Shown here: positions 1-14,402 of the stretch, in pieces
How positions within the stretch are numbered: the first letter of the stretch is position 1
Layout: every line of letters begins with the position of its first letter
NCBI GenBank assembly: GCA_977018835.1
Contig: OZ361259.1
Location: forward strand, 3,906,001-3,970,000
Source of the DNA: Minutocellus sp. GHC0000111
Taxonomy: Eukaryota
Direction: 5' to 3'
Length of the DNA: 64,000 bases
The notes under the pieces: model-generated
Database searches by the model: none
The model's input: the letters and a program-made list of their open reading frames with translations, nothing else
What the model was told of the DNA's origin: nothing
Translations under genes and position numbers: made by a program

Positions 1-480
1 CAGGACCGCCCGGCAGCAGAACACGGTGCCGCCGACGCTCAGCGTCATGGGCTGGCCGCACAGGGCCGGCTTGGGACGGAACAGCTTGGCGACGGTCCGG
101 TCGGGCAGGGAGAAGAAGAGGCCCGCCGCCTCCTCCTCCTCGTTGTTGTTGGTGCCACCGGCCGGATCGGCGGCGTGCGAGGCATCGTGCTCACCAGCAA
201 AACCGACGTCGGCGCCACTCCGAGCAGTGCCGCTGCCGCCGCTGCTGCTGCCGCCCGAACCGGCATGGGTTGGAGGGGCCGCCGGATACCGAAAGACCAG
301 GCGGGCTCCCTTGCCGACTTCCTCGGCGACCAGAGCTATTCCCAATACGCGAAAGGGCGAATCGACCGCCTTGGGAGGGTGCCAGGACGATGCCGCCGCC
401 GACGAAGGAGCTGCTGCGCCGCCGCCCTGATCGTCCCCCACCGCTGCCGCCGCTGCTTGGGCCTTGGGTGGGCCCGTCAT
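1..480 (-). CDS. NPRL3: GATOR1 subunit NPRL3/Npr3-like protein, N-terminal part; runs off the left edge of the window
   Basis: Not in the ORF track because it has no stop in the window. Manual translation from ATG 480 gives MTGPPK...RVLGIALVAEEVGKGARLVFRYP...FFSLPDRTVAKLFRPKPALCGQPMTLSVGGTVFCCRAVL, which resembles the NPR3 longin N-terminus (GxxLLFRYP...LAxIL.PK..LCG..FEL.I....F). Confidence 0.75.
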   Translation of the reverse strand, partial: MTGPPKAQAAAAAVGDDQGGGAAAPSSAAASSWHPPKAVDSPFRVLGIALVAEEVGKGARLVFRYPAAPPTHAGSGGSSSGGSGTARSGADVGFAGEHDASHAADPAGGTNNNEEEEAAGLFFSLPDRTVAKLFRPKPALCGQPMTLSVGGTVFCCRAVL

Positions 481-736
481 CTTGCTTTGCCCTTTGACTT
501 GGCTGGCATGCGCTGCAGTTGGCTTCACTCGTCTCTCTTTCGCGTCAGGAAGAAACGAGCACAAGGTTCGCACCTTGACCTGTGGTGCGAACCGAGGAAA
601 ACAGAACCCCAAAGGTTCTCCTTCCGGCGTATCTTCGAGAAGTTTTCAGGCGGGGGCGACGCAAGTCAAGGGCAAGTCCTCAAACATTCCCCATACGCAC
701 ATCAGCAAACGCCCTCATTCCCATACCCTCCAAGCC

Positions 737-3415
737 ATGAAGATCGTCCCGACCGGTGGCACCATCGATTTTCACCGCTCCGAGACAGATCCGCTCCATC
801 ACGGGCCAGATGCTGCTTCTGATCGTCACGACGACCACCACGACGACGATGATGATCAAGATCCTGCAGGAGACAGCAGTAAAGATGCAAGTGGAGGCGC
901 AGAGCCCGCTTCTTCTTCTTCTCCTCGTACCAAGCGGAAGCAGAAGACGGCCTCCACTCTCGCCACGGCCATGTCGTCGACCGGATCGACCGGTGAGGAC
1001 GGCACCGCCATCATCCTCGAGGCCGACCACCATCACCATCACATCCTGTGGCGCCGCCGAGGAGATGGCAACGGTTGGGGCCGCGGCATCGCCAACGACG
1101 TCCGCCAAACCCTGGGGAAGAACTGGAAGAAGGACATGACCAATCTCAACTGCAAGACCTTGGCCGTGTCCTTCTTTCTCTTCTTTGCCTGCATTGCACC
1201 TGCCATCACGTTTGCCAAGGCTACCAACAACTACATTGGCGCCGTGGAGATGATCACGGCAACCGCTTGGTTCGGCATTACCTTTTCACTCATAGGGGGT
1301 CAACCCATCAGGATTAATGGCGGCACTGGTCCAGTCCTCGCCTTTGCAGCGATTCTCTACAAGCTATCGGAATCTCTGGACGTTCCCTTCCTCGTTCTGA
1401 ACGCATGGGTCGGCATCTGGGTCTGCATCTATTTGGTTGTAGCAGCCGTATCCGACCTCAACCGCTTCGTCCTGTACGCCACTCGCTTCACCGACGAGAT
1501 CTTCAGCTTCTTGATCGCGGTCATCTTTATTATCAATGCGTTGGGCTCGCCGTTCTCAACCGTCGGAATCTACCATTACTTTGACTTTTCCCACAAATCA
1601 CATGACCCTTATGAGGACGATCCCTACTATTCCCATTGGGCTTCCGCTCTCCTCTCGTTGGGCGTTTGTATTGGAACCGTTCAGCTAGCCTTCCTCCTGC
1701 GCAAGGTCAAATTCAGTCCCTATCTGCCCAATCAAGCGTTGCGGAATGCAGCCACCGACTTTGCGGTCGTTACATCTATACTCATCTGGTCCCTCATTGG
1801 GAATTTGGTCTTTAGCAGTATCCCGCTGGAGACCTTGACAGTCCCAAATGAATTCGCTCCAACTTTCCAGTGCTGTGATCAGACCTGCACAACGAACTGG
1901 CCAAACGATTGCTACGAGCAGGAAGAACCTTGGGGGACGAGGAGTTGGTTTGTAGATTTGTCAAATCTGAATGGCAAGACCTGGATCCCGGTGATGGCCG
2001 CTGGGCCGGGAGTACTCGCATTCATCCTTGTCTTTTTGGAGTGAGTTGTATTACTGCTCTTGATTTGTGCTCGCGATGTGCCTGGTATTTTGCATTTTCT
2101 GCTACGTAGTTGCCGTACTATGTAGTAGTTGTCCATTCTAATTCCATTCTTTTCCTTGTACAAAAGCGACGGCATAACAAAACATTTGATTAATCATCCC
2201 CAGCATAAACTGAAAAACGGAGCAGCTTACAACTGGGACTCAGTTGTAATTGGTGTCATGATTCTCGTCAACTCCCTGCTGGGTCTACCCTGGCTCGTGG
2301 CTGCCACGGTTCGTTCTTTGAACCACCTTCACGCCCTAGCTGAAAAGACCCCGGACGGCAAGATCATTTCTGTTCAAGAAACTCGTCTGACGCCCTTTTT
2401 CATCCACCTGCTTTGTCTGGCGTCTATCTTCGCTCTCGATGTATTGAAGCTGATACCAGTTCCAGTCCTGTACGGAGTCTTCCTATTCATGGGCCTCGTG
2501 TCTCTCGGAACGAATTCTTTTTGGAATAGAATGAAAATGCTCTTCATGAAACCAAGCCATTATCCCGTCACGCCCTTTACAAAGTACATGAAGCCGAAGC
2601 GTATCCATCTCTTCACCTTCGCACAAATCATTCTCTTCGGGCTCCTTTACACAGTGAAATCGATCAAGACCATTGCTATTGCTTTCCCACTTATGATTGC
2701 GATCTGCATTCCTATTCGGTTGTTCTTGTTGCCAAAGATTTTCAGTCAAGAGGAGCTTATTCTTCTGGATACAGATGAAACGACGGTAAAAGAGTGGCTG
2801 GAGGCGCACGAGCATGGGAGTGAGGATGGCAGTCGCAGCGATAAGTTTGTCGATGACAAGCATGACGATATCGAGATGCAGAGAGCCTCGGCGGAAGGTA
2901 AACATGACATTGGGGCTCCAACCGCCGACGCCTTCGTAGCTCAGCAACCGATGCCAACTCCACCACCGACCCGTCGCCCTCGCCCCTCCAGGGACAGGCG
3001 TCGATCCACATCTTGTCCGGCACCTCACATGCTCTTTGTAGACGGAACCTCTGCTCCAGTGGCCCCAGAGCTGCCCGTCATTCAGCCCAGTATCTGGGAA
3101 TTAAATGCCCAACCGGTGCCAAGAGTTCTATTTGAGATTCCAGAGGAACATGAGCACGATCATGAGCATGAGGCTGAGACTCCACCTCACTCTGAAGTAG
3201 ATTCTTCTGTTGTAGGTGGTCGCCACGGCGCGCAAAAGCAAGAAGGATCATTCGTAAACGAGGCTGCAGAAGGTGAAGCTGCAAGTAAGGATGATACGGC
3301 CACCACCAAGCCACGTCGTCGCCGTCCCAGACGCAAGAAGACAGTATCTTGTCCTGCCCATACCCTTTTTCACGAGGGCAATAAACATGTCTCCCACAAT
3401 TACTACTTTGGATAG
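737..3415 (+). CDS. SLC4: SLC4-family bicarbonate transporter; exons 737-2040 and 2167-3415
   Basis: Motifs FFACIAPAITF, TRFTDEIFSFLI, GLPWLVAATVRSLNH, VQETRLT and IPVPVLYGVFLFMG. GTGAGT...AAG intron 2041-2166 restores FLDDGITKHLINHPQHKLK. About 4 residues appear to be missing after PAITF. Confidence 0.93.
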
Positions 3416-3504
3416 CCCGATGAAGACCAATTTTGTTCTATTTTTGTACGTGTACCTCTCTAACTAGAGCTAGGTATGCTTGAATTCTAATGCTTGTATA
3501 ACAT

Positions 3505-5856
3505 TTATTTTATGAGACCACTCGATCCCGGTACATTTTTGCAAGTACTTGTAAAACTCGTATCCATACTACTGCGGATGCGAGAAAGAGCCTGCATCAA
3601 TTTCTCTTCCTCAACCTCGTCATCTTTACAATATTCATCGAGGTCTTCAAAATGATCATCAAGGAGAGATTTGTGGTCGAAATTGTCGGCTTCGAACTCT
3701 TTTTGGGCAGACGTAGGTGGAAATACTAATTCCCGGTCTTGGCCATCTACTTGAAAGGGGTCTTCAAGAGCGTCGGCATAATCACTGCTCCCATTGGGGA
3801 GGTATGCATCTCTCTCCTCGTTGGGCACACTCGGAATTCCATCAGATTGATCGAGAGAAGATGTTTCCGAAGCGCGAAATTGGACAGACTTTTTCTTCTT
3901 CGGAGGCCCAAGGGAATGCATTTCTTGGCTTCCTTCGTCGTTGATAGGCACATTGTCTTCAATTCGCCGAAGGGCGGAACGGAGAATATCCTGAACGAGC
4001 ACGTCGTCCTCATCAACAACAGTATACTTGATTTCTTCGGATGGTGACACAGGAGGCTCCATTGGAGGAAGTCGAACCGGTGATGCCGTCGCTGACTTCG
4101 ACTTCGATCTGGATCTACGGCAAGGCGAGTACTTGGTCGCCTTGAGATTTGTTGGCACACCTGAGGCACAACTGGGAATCGTAGGAGTGGGCATTGAAGT
4201 CACTCCACTGTTAGCTCCTTCACTGGCATCCAGCGAAACTGTAAACGCCTCGCCGCCTCTGCCTCTTCGGATAACTGGGCTTTTCATAGGACAAATTGGA
4301 ACATCGCTCTGACAAACTGCAGTATATTCGTCGGCTTTTTTCCTGATTTCGGGCTTGGGGGTAGGGATGAAGGTGCTCTCTGCGGCAAGTAAAGGGCAGT
4401 CGTCTGAGGTATTAGAAGGACGCCTTGGCTCTTCGATCGGGGCTATGGCCACCTCATCGGTGGCATGGGAAGGCAAAGCTGAATGTCGCGATTTGAACAA
4501 ACCCGCATCCCGAGCTTCGTTGTCCTCTTCTTCCTTCTTCATCAATGCCTTCGCCTCGTTCTGCTCTTGGATCTGCAACTCAAGCAACTGCTGCTGCTCC
4601 AAAGCTGCATCTCGCCGCCGTTGGCGCTCCTGGGCCTCCCGTTCTTCTCCGAGGTGCCAAGGAAACAAAACAGAAGAAGCGTTTGAGCTGCTCTCGGGAG
4701 CCTGGATGCTGTAACTGCACTGACGCTGAGCAGCTTTGGCATCCATTTGCTCTCGAAGCTGTAGTGCATATTCGTCCTTCTTCTTCCTATCGTTTGTCGC
4801 TGCTTGATTTGACTTGTATTCGAGCTGACCGTCAACCGCCTCCTTGCAATCGGTACCACTGCTCTTGGAGGCTCGGTGACTGGAAGACTTTGCCGCAATT
4901 TGTTCATCCAGCTGCCGTCTGTATTCCACAGCTTTCTGCTTCTTGGATGATGCAATTGAATCAGTGAAGTTGCCAATTGCATCAATGCTGGCTTCTGCCA
5001 CTGATCCACTACGATTGTCCCCCCTCTGCTTTCGGCGACGTTCTTCATCTTCCTTCATTTGCAGCCTCAGAAGCTCACCGTAGGATGCGGCACTGCTGGC
5101 AGCCGCATCGGTTGCTTTGGCAGTAGAAATATACGCACTAGCCGGGGATGTCCCATCAACATCAACATTCCTCGGTGCATCGTGCGTCCTTGCCCTACTC
5201 ATCTTGGTCAGCCTGTCCTGCTCCATCTGAAGTCGCAGCTGTTCTCCGTACTCCCTCGCCCTTTGCCTTCTCGTCGCCAGCTCTTGCCCTTCGTCTCTTC
5301 CGAGGAGGGAGGTCGATATGCATCGGCTATTGTGAGGTGGAGATGTGGTTGAGGATTGAGATGATGCTACCTGTTTGCGCTGCAGCTGTTGTTGTTGTTG
5401 ATGATGATGATGATGATGACGATGATGGTTCGATCCCACAGAAGGAGCGATTGTAGACGCTGCTGGTACTTCTGCTGCTGCTGCTGCATCGCCCTTCTTG
5501 GCCTTGACCGCACCGTCTTCTTGCCCATAATCCAATCGAAGCCGTTCCATCTCGGCTGCCACCATATCCTCAAAGGCGATGGTGTGGCTGGTCGACTTGC
5601 TCTCCTGCTTCTCATCATCGCTGACATCTGACGACAAAGTAGAGCCGGAGGCGGGCACTTCTTCATCGCACTCAACGACCACCTCCCCTCGCTGCAAATG
5701 ATCAGCATGGGTCTGATGCGATGGCATCTCCTCGCCCGTGATGGGATTGTACCGGACCATGCGCGTGGTGCCTTTCCTCCTCACACCACCATCACCATCA
5801 CCAGCTGCAGCAGCTGCCGGCTTCGATCGACGGTGGGTGGCTACAATGGGCGTCAT
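3505..5856 (-). CDS. Coiled-coil protein with repeated EYxxQLxxQM/I units; CSPP1/CCDC66-like putative microtubule or ciliary protein
   Basis: Long ORF with five repeats (REYGEQLRLQMEQD, SYGELLRLQMKED, EYRRQLDEQIAAK, EYALQLREQMDAK, EQQQLLELQIQEQ) and an N-terminal YNPITGE motif. Start is uncertain (5856 or 5760). Confidence 0.6.
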   Translation of the reverse strand: MTPIVATHRRSKPAAAAAGDGDGGVRRKGTTRMVRYNPITGEEMPSHQTHADHLQRGEVVVECDEEVPASGSTLSSDVSDDEKQESKSTSHTIAFEDMVAAEMERLRLDYGQEDGAVKAKKGDAAAAAEVPAASTIAPSVGSNHHRHHHHHHQQQQQLQRKQVASSQSSTTSPPHNSRCISTSLLGRDEGQELATRRQRAREYGEQLRLQMEQDRLTKMSRARTHDAPRNVDVDGTSPASAYISTAKATDAAASSAASYGELLRLQMKEDEERRRKQRGDNRSGSVAEASIDAIGNFTDSIASSKKQKAVEYRRQLDEQIAAKSSSHRASKSSGTDCKEAVDGQLEYKSNQAATNDRKKKDEYALQLREQMDAKAAQRQCSYSIQAPESSSNASSVLFPWHLGEEREAQERQRRRDAALEQQQLLELQIQEQNEAKALMKKEEEDNEARDAGLFKSRHSALPSHATDEVAIAPIEEPRRPSNTSDDCPLLAAESTFIPTPKPEIRKKADEYTAVCQSDVPICPMKSPVIRRGRGGEAFTVSLDASEGANSGVTSMPTPTIPSCASGVPTNLKATKYSPCRRSRSKSKSATASPVRLPPMEPPVSPSEEIKYTVVDEDDVLVQDILRSALRRIEDNVPINDEGSQEMHSLGPPKKKKSVQFRASETSSLDQSDGIPSVPNEERDAYLPNGSSDYADALEDPFQVDGQDRELVFPPTSAQKEFEADNFDHKSLLDDHFEDLDEYCKDDEVEEEKLMQALSRIRSSMDTSFTSTCKNVPGSSGLIK

Positions 5857-6419
5857 CGGCGCAGGGCTGGGATGGTGCAGTATCCCTGCAGCACAAGCGC
5901 GACGTTGGGGCACTCAAAGAGTGTGCTTGTACCTATTTGGTCTACGGTGGGAGCAAGGGAGAACGTGAGTTGGCCGTATCTTTTGTCTGTCGCCTTCACC
6001 GCCATCAGTATCTTTTGGAAACAGGCGTTCTGTACTTTTTCTCGAACGCCTTGCTTTTCGCTCGCTTGGCTGCCTTCCGCATTTTTCATTTTTCATCTTG
6101 ACCCTCCCCCGTCAAGTCCCAGACCACAGGAATAGTACCCGCCGTTCGTTCACACCACCAGGTAAGTCCAACATGACCGCGAATACATTCTTTCCGCCAT
6201 GATAGTCCGTCGGCGCCGGTATCTGGATCAGTTCGGTGGATCGGCCGAACGAGCGGGCGTGGGGCCGTCAACTCCCACAGTCCATCACGGCACGGCAATG
6301 CCGTCGTTCCAAAAAGTAGGACGACCACACCACCACTTCCGCAAAGAGATACTCACCACCTTCTCCTTGTCCTTTCCATCTCCTCTCCTCCACAATCCAT
6401 CAACGGCAGCTTCAGCACC

Positions 6420-8370
<1,951 letters not shown>

Positions 8371-8514
8371 GGAGTGGGATCGGTAGAGGAGGAACCTTTT
8401 GGAGTTAGAATTCGTAGGAGGATAAAGTAGTACAAATTGCTGCATGCAAACTCGCCATATTTCTTTTGGACACAGCACATACTTACTCAATGCCTTAGCC
8501 TTTGTTCCGCATTG

Positions 8515-9948
8515 TCAACCAACTAGTAACGCCAGTTTCTCTTGGACGCTCGCATATGTGACGCCAAGGCATTCATCAACGTCCTTGGCCGACGGCAGGG
8601 CACCCTGGGCTCCTGGTCCTCCGAGCTTCCTCCTGGCCACCCATGACGCAAAGCGTAATCGAAACATGGTGAGGTTGCACAATGCATCATCGCCGTCGGC
8701 GTTGCTGTTGCTGTCGTCCCGATCGAAAGATATGCAATGGTCAAAGGGTAGGTTCTGCGCGACCAGGCTCATGATATATCCCGCAATGAAAGCGTCGCCG
8801 GCTCCAGTGGTGTCCACGACATTGACATCGCGAAGAGTACCGACGCTGTGGACGTTGTATCGGCAGGAATCATTTGAGAATGGCGCTGTCTTTTGCTACT
8901 TGATATGATACGCACCCTTGGATCCTCTTTTGGAAGCAAGGCAGTATGAGTGAGAGCTAACGTTAGAAACAAATTGCGACGAATTGAATCTGTTGAAAGA
9001 AGAATTTGAACGATAGGCCATTGTCATAGCTTGCTTGCAAACTCACCTGGTCACAACGACGCTTTTATCTCGTTGTATTGCATCTCCACCATGTCTAAGA
9101 AAGGATGATATGCGATGAATTCGTTCACTATCTTCTCCATCGAGTTTGACCGCACCAGTGGCATCTGCTGTTGCATGACAAAAGACGGGCCTGGATGAAC
9201 AACCTCCACCATCACTATCATTCACGAGCTGATTCATTGCATACTGCTGCAGCTTATCCTCATTGCCAAACACTATAGATGCCTTGGCCACCAACTCCTC
9301 CATCACTGGCCCACGATCCTTTTCTACGTCCACACTGATCGGTATCCCCCGCCGTCTGGCTTCCTTGGCCAATGCCACGGCAGCTGCAGTATGTCGAGTG
9401 TCCGAGTGGAAGAGGATGACGTTGCGAAACAGATCATCACCATCCTCCTCCGAAGACAACACATGCTCAATCTCTTCGACCGTAAGCTCCCCGCATGATC
9501 CAGGACTGTGAAAACATGTACGCGTATGCTCCGATTCCGACGCAATCACCGTCGTTATCGACGTGATGGTATTGGGCTGCATCACAAACAATCGCGAGGA
9601 GCAGTCGACTCCCTTGGATTCCAGATCGGCCTTGAGACGGACGGCGGCATCGTCATCTCCAACTTTGGTCAACAGAACAACTCGCACCGCTGCTCCCGCT
9701 CGTTGTTGCTGAGATGTATTTGACGACGATGATGCGCTCGATTCACCGTGTTGTCGGGCATAAGTGCAGGTCGACAGGAGCGCCAGGGCGGCGGCAACGT
9801 TGGCGGCGTTGCCGCCACTCATGTCGACGTTGTGGGTGGTCCGTATCTTTTCGTCTTGGAGGGGATAGGCCGCCACCGACAGGATGCGATCGACGCACGT
9901 GGCACCCATGATCAAGACCGTGTGCATCTCGCTGGTGGCGGACGCCAT
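8515..9948 (-). pseudogene. PfkB/ribokinase-family carbohydrate kinase with a premature stop; exons 9948-9047 and 8926-8515
   Basis: GGNAANVA, KVGDD and VDTTGAGDAFIAGY motifs. Intron 8927-9046 (GTGAGT...AAG) gives VVTRGSKGAYHIK*, with an in-frame TAG at 8896-8898 upstream of the catalytic GAGD motif. Confidence 0.85.
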
Positions 9949-10449
9949 TGACTTGCTGCCGTGGGCGGCGCCGAGATGGGCTGCATTTGGCACTGGGCAC
10001 TGGCGCCAAGCAAGCAAGGATCATCTTGCTTGGCGCCATGTCATCAACTTGCATCACGTACGGTACGTACGTACGTGCCGCTCATTTTTGGTCCGTCCGC
10101 CCGTCCGTCCGTCCAGCGTTCGGCCTCTCGACTTTCGAACTTGCCATTCCCCAACAATGGCGCCCATGCTAGCTATGCGCATGCAGCATAGCCATAGATC
10201 AGGCATAGCACATACTGCGCAATGCTGCGCTACTCTCATAATGCCGTGGGCCATGTGATTATATCTGTCTAAGTTCACTGCTAAGATGGGGTTTGAGTAT
10301 CTTGCGGTCACCGCATGGTGCATGCAGGCGGATTTTTTTTCCCTCGGTCAAGGATGGTCTGATGATCGATTTCACAAGTTGCCGAGAATTTGAATTTCGT
10401 TGCAAGATCAGGGCGTGCGTTTGGCCGTCAGAGCGGCCGACGGGCGAAC

Positions 10450-10506
10450 TGGGAGATCAGGGCGTGTCTGGTCATCGGGGCGTTTTTTTTTTTGATTTTG
10501 GCCCTG
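10450..10506 (+). repeat. Dispersed motif TGGGAGATCRGGGCG(CA)TGTCTGGTCATCRGGGC...TTGATT(T)TGGCCCTG, shared with 17818-18046
   Basis: Direct sequence match between 10450-10482 and 17924-17958, and between 10492-10506 and 18033-18046. Confidence 0.7.
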
Positions 10507-10680
10507 CTGCACTGCGCCCGCGTGTGTTGCTGAGTGAGGCCTGATGAGCGGTACCGTCTCATTCGACTTTCATTTCGCAATCGCCCAAAGCAATCGACTT
10601 TCTCGCACGGCAGACACCTCTACCCCAGCGTTCCAACACCGTCCTTTGGTATCATCAAATCAATTCAACATCTATCTATC

Positions 10681-11919
10681 ATGAGCTCTGATCGTCGCCA
10701 CTCGACTTCCCCGCGCCCGTCGGCGTCACATCAACGACGTAGCACCATCGCCGAATGTGCACCACGTCTCATCACGATCCAAAACGAGGCAGAGGAGGAG
10801 GCTGGTGGCAGCAATGCCCTCGTTGCCAGCACGGGCACTGTCAACCATCCTTTCAGTATTGGCGGTAATGATCGTTTGAGTGCAGTCGTCAACACCAGCA
10901 ACGGCGGCGTGGACGCTTCGTCTATCTTGAACTCGTCTTCTGTACAGTTTGGTGGAGACCAGACGTGCTCGTCGACCCCCTTCACTCTGCCATTTGGTGT
11001 GTACGTCAAAATTGCCCAGTTTGTTCCACCTGATCTTGGTCAACTCGCCAGGTTAGTTTCGGTACTTCCGCCAGCCAAACGGGAATACTTTCTTCGATGC
11101 TACTTGAAAGACAATTGGTCATTTTTGGTGCATGCGCTTTCGCTTTCTTACTACCAAGAATGAACTTTCCGCCGAAGGTTCCCACTTTGGTTCTCTCACA
11201 ATCCCAACTACCTGGAAGTTTTCGAGACTGACACCAGACTTCCTGGTCGTGTGCGAGAGGTCTTGACGGATCCTGTTCAAGCTATAGCTCACGGGAGTGT
11301 TGATCTGTTGCGTCATGTTCTCGACAACACAGACGCCGATGTCAATGGCATTTATGAATTCCATGACGGGATTCCCCAAAGTCTCCTGGAAATTGCCATC
11401 AATGAAGGCGAGTGTGCGTGTGCGGACTATCTCCTCTCGCGCAATGATGTTGACGTTCATGCAATCATTCCAGACCCATTTCGCGATCACGGGGGGCGTC
11501 AAGTAGTCTTCGCGGTTCTTTCCCTTGCATCAGGACCATCATTGATTCCAAATTTTGCAGATTACCTCCCGCGAGTGCTTCGTCATCCTTCTTGCGATGC
11601 CAATCGCCCTCATGTTAGTAGTACGGGGACATTTCGATGGTCTCTTCTAGACAGTGCTGTATACAGGGCTCTTGCAGAGACTGATCCAGATAACTTCCCC
11701 CTGTACCGGGATATAATTCTCTTGATTCTTCGTCAAGGTGGAAATCCTTACATGAGTGCAGATGTCAATTCACCATCAGCTTTTGGATATGTCAGATCGC
11801 ACATTCGCAATGGATCGCCGGTAAAGGCAAGGATTGGACTAATGGTATTGAATCTCCTGAGTGATTTTATTACTGACCCTGAAATCAATAATTTTGTTTG
11901 GGCGGCTGAAGCCGCTTAG
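10681..11919 (+). pseudogene. Ankyrin-repeat-like protein interrupted by one in-frame TGA
   Basis: ORFs 10534-11163 and 11251-11919 are in the same frame, separated only by TGA at 11161-11163. Ankyrin-like segments include AIAHGSVDLLRHVL..ADVN, SLLEIAINEGECACADYLL and ILLILRQGGNP. Confidence 0.65.
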
Positions 11920-12068
11920 GTCGAGCCTGTAATATATCACAAAGTACAGGTGATACACTTGGGATATACACTATAACACATCATAATATTGACAAATCAA
12001 TTAACTATACTGGACTACCCGATAGAAGGTACGTAATGTCTTCACGTCACATTGATTAGTCCAAGCGC

Positions 12069-13836
12069 TCACAAATGATGTTTCACACTTGGCCAAGTAG
12101 TGGTCTCTGACCAAAAAAATGTTCCACCAGCCTTCTTGAGATTACCGTCCACGTAGATCTCATAACTTCCATCCCCATTATCGCAGCACATCCCGTCAGA
12201 ATAGCCATCAAAGATCTTAAAAGTAAAAGTGCCCGAGCGTGGGATACAAAAGGATTCCTCATATTGCCAATGGGTCTTTGTATAGAAATCAAAGCCTCGT
12301 TTTCTCAAGACTTTGTCATTCATCTTCGGCATCCACTTTGGTTTCATCGGGATATTTGTCCGTCTTCAGCTTGATTGTGAATTCAGACTGGTTGCCACAG
12401 TCTTCCGTCAGTGCAGGTGGCGGGGGCAATGTTGGTGGCGCGGGAAGAGCTGTCGGCGTCAAGGCTTCCGTCGGAGGGTTGTTGTTTAGTGGAAAAGGTG
12501 CCTCTACCACAGCCCTGGTCAGTTGCTGCGCTGCACTTTCCGAGTTCATGTCGGTATTTGTCATCACTGCTACATAAACTCCAGCTCGAGGAAGCACGAC
12601 GATGTTAGTCTGACTTCCAGCCTCGGCACCATCATGCCAGAATCCATTGGTCCAGTCAAAGGACGAGAATCCAGATTTCAACCACCCCTCCGTCGAAGAC
12701 AAGTTTTTCATAGAGTTGTCGAGTACATGTATGGCCCACCCATAACCAAATTCGCAATTATTTGCTTGGGCACCACTCGCAGTGCGCTCTTGGCATGATA
12801 CAATTTTGAGTCCAGTTTCTAGAGACCAAAGGTTCGGGGCGTCATACTGAAGCATACTGTTGACCCAATTCGCGAGGTCTCTTGCCGACGTTCGGAGCTC
12901 ACCACTCTAGCATTAGCAGTAGTGTCCCACATCCTCGAATCTATTGTTGTACCACTCCACCGGCACAGCTTCAGTTCCACTGGGCAATTCGTTGCGGAAC
13001 CATGCAGTATGAAACATTCCTAGGGGGTGGAAAAGATTGTCGCGGCAGAAGATTGTAAAAGGTTGTCCCACTGCAAGCTCGACGAGGCCAGCTATGTATC
13101 CGTAAGCAAGATTCGAATACTCTTTTCGACTTCCTGGGCGATAGTTCTTCCACATACCTCCATTTGATTGAGCCAATTCGTACCAGTTAAGATCGTTTCC
13201 CCTATGCAGTTTCACTCCCTTCCCTACATCGGTCGAGGCAACGGGATCGTTGGTTAGAAGGGCTCGGTAGAAATCAACTACACCACCGAGGTGACAGGTT
13301 GGATTTCCCGCTGCTGGAGAATCGACGGTATAGCCACCAGAAGGACCATAGCTGGGGCTGTTCCAATCGCCGTACTCATCACGAGCGTCAGGAATATTGG
13401 CCTTGAGCGATGATCGATGGGTGATCATCATTCGCCATGTAATCATATTATTGGGAAAGCTAGGATTGCGGCACATGGATCGCCCGTATCCCTTTGGTAC
13501 GACATTGCAGACATCATCATCGAGAGAAATTATCCCACGATCTACCAACAGCGCGACGGCGGACGCCGTAAAGCCCTTGGATATCGAAGCCAGCATGAAG
13601 GTGGTATCGGGGGTAACCTGCGCGGCCTGTGGAGAGGACGACACTTGTACATAGCCCCTAATGATGGGCTTGGCCATTCCCTTGGATGCATCAAAGTAGG
13701 CGATCGCAGCTCCTCGAATGTTCAGTTTGGACACCTTTGATGAAATTGCGTCGTCGAAATCATCTCCTCGAACGGATTTTGGCAAGACGATTATTGCGAA
13801 GAGGCAAAAAGCGATGGGAACGATGGAACATTCCAT
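12069..13836 (-). pseudogene. Secreted beta-lactamase-family serine hydrolase with a C-terminal TDxYxxETxW...DGMCC domain; disabled
   Basis: Signal peptide, SxxK (LASISK), YxN (EYSNLAYG), SGELRTSARDLA and WHDG. In-frame TAA 12913-12915 and TAG 12907-12909, plus a +1 frameshift at ~12337 (ETK-W) before FKIFDGYSDGMCCDNGDGSYEIYVDG. Confidence 0.85.
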
Positions 13837-14402
13837 CGTTTCGATCGGTGTGAGTTCGAACTGACAGTTACCTCAGTTAGCTACGTAGTAGGTAGTTGTG
13901 TGCTACTTTCTGTTTGTACATGTATGTAGGCTTATGTTCTGTCTCCACGAATCTTCTTGGGAATAATGGCGGTGGGCTGTTCCCCGTGTTCATTGCTTCT
14001 CTGTGCTGCCTTCGAGACGGCCTTCGACGCTTCAGACTGAGCGCTGTGCGTGGCAATGACGGTACACGTCGTATCCTTGTATCTTTCGGTATCTTTTGGA
14101 AGCCTTCTTTTGACTTCTGGAGATAGGTACTCCTCTAAGTATCATTCGAGGCTCTCTGCCGAGCAAAATTCAGTTTAGGAGTGTGTAAAAGTGCAAAAAT
14201 GAGCTCTGTCCGTCGTTCGGCTCGGCCGAGCTTCCCGTCCACATCGGCGGCCTTCAAACTTGACTACGCCAATCCCATGCCTAGCTCTAGAGTAGCTAGC
14301 TACGTAGTAGTCATTCGTTTCTTCTACAATAGAGCTGGCTGGCTACTTTCTTGACTACCCGTTGCGGTTTTGAGTGCAGCAGCAGCAACAACAACAGAAA
14401 TA

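Noticed and set aside
26..822. Plus-strand ORFs 26-430 and 175-822
   Set aside because: They are antisense shadows of the NPRL3-like gene on the minus strand.
5385..5430. (GTT)n/(GAT)n trinucleotide repeats
   Set aside because: They are ordinary poly-Gln/poly-His tracts within the minus-strand CDS.
11161..11163. Selenocysteine TGA in the ankyrin-like ORF
   Set aside because: There is no redox motif context and no SECIS was recognised; a point mutation such as CGA>TGA is simpler.
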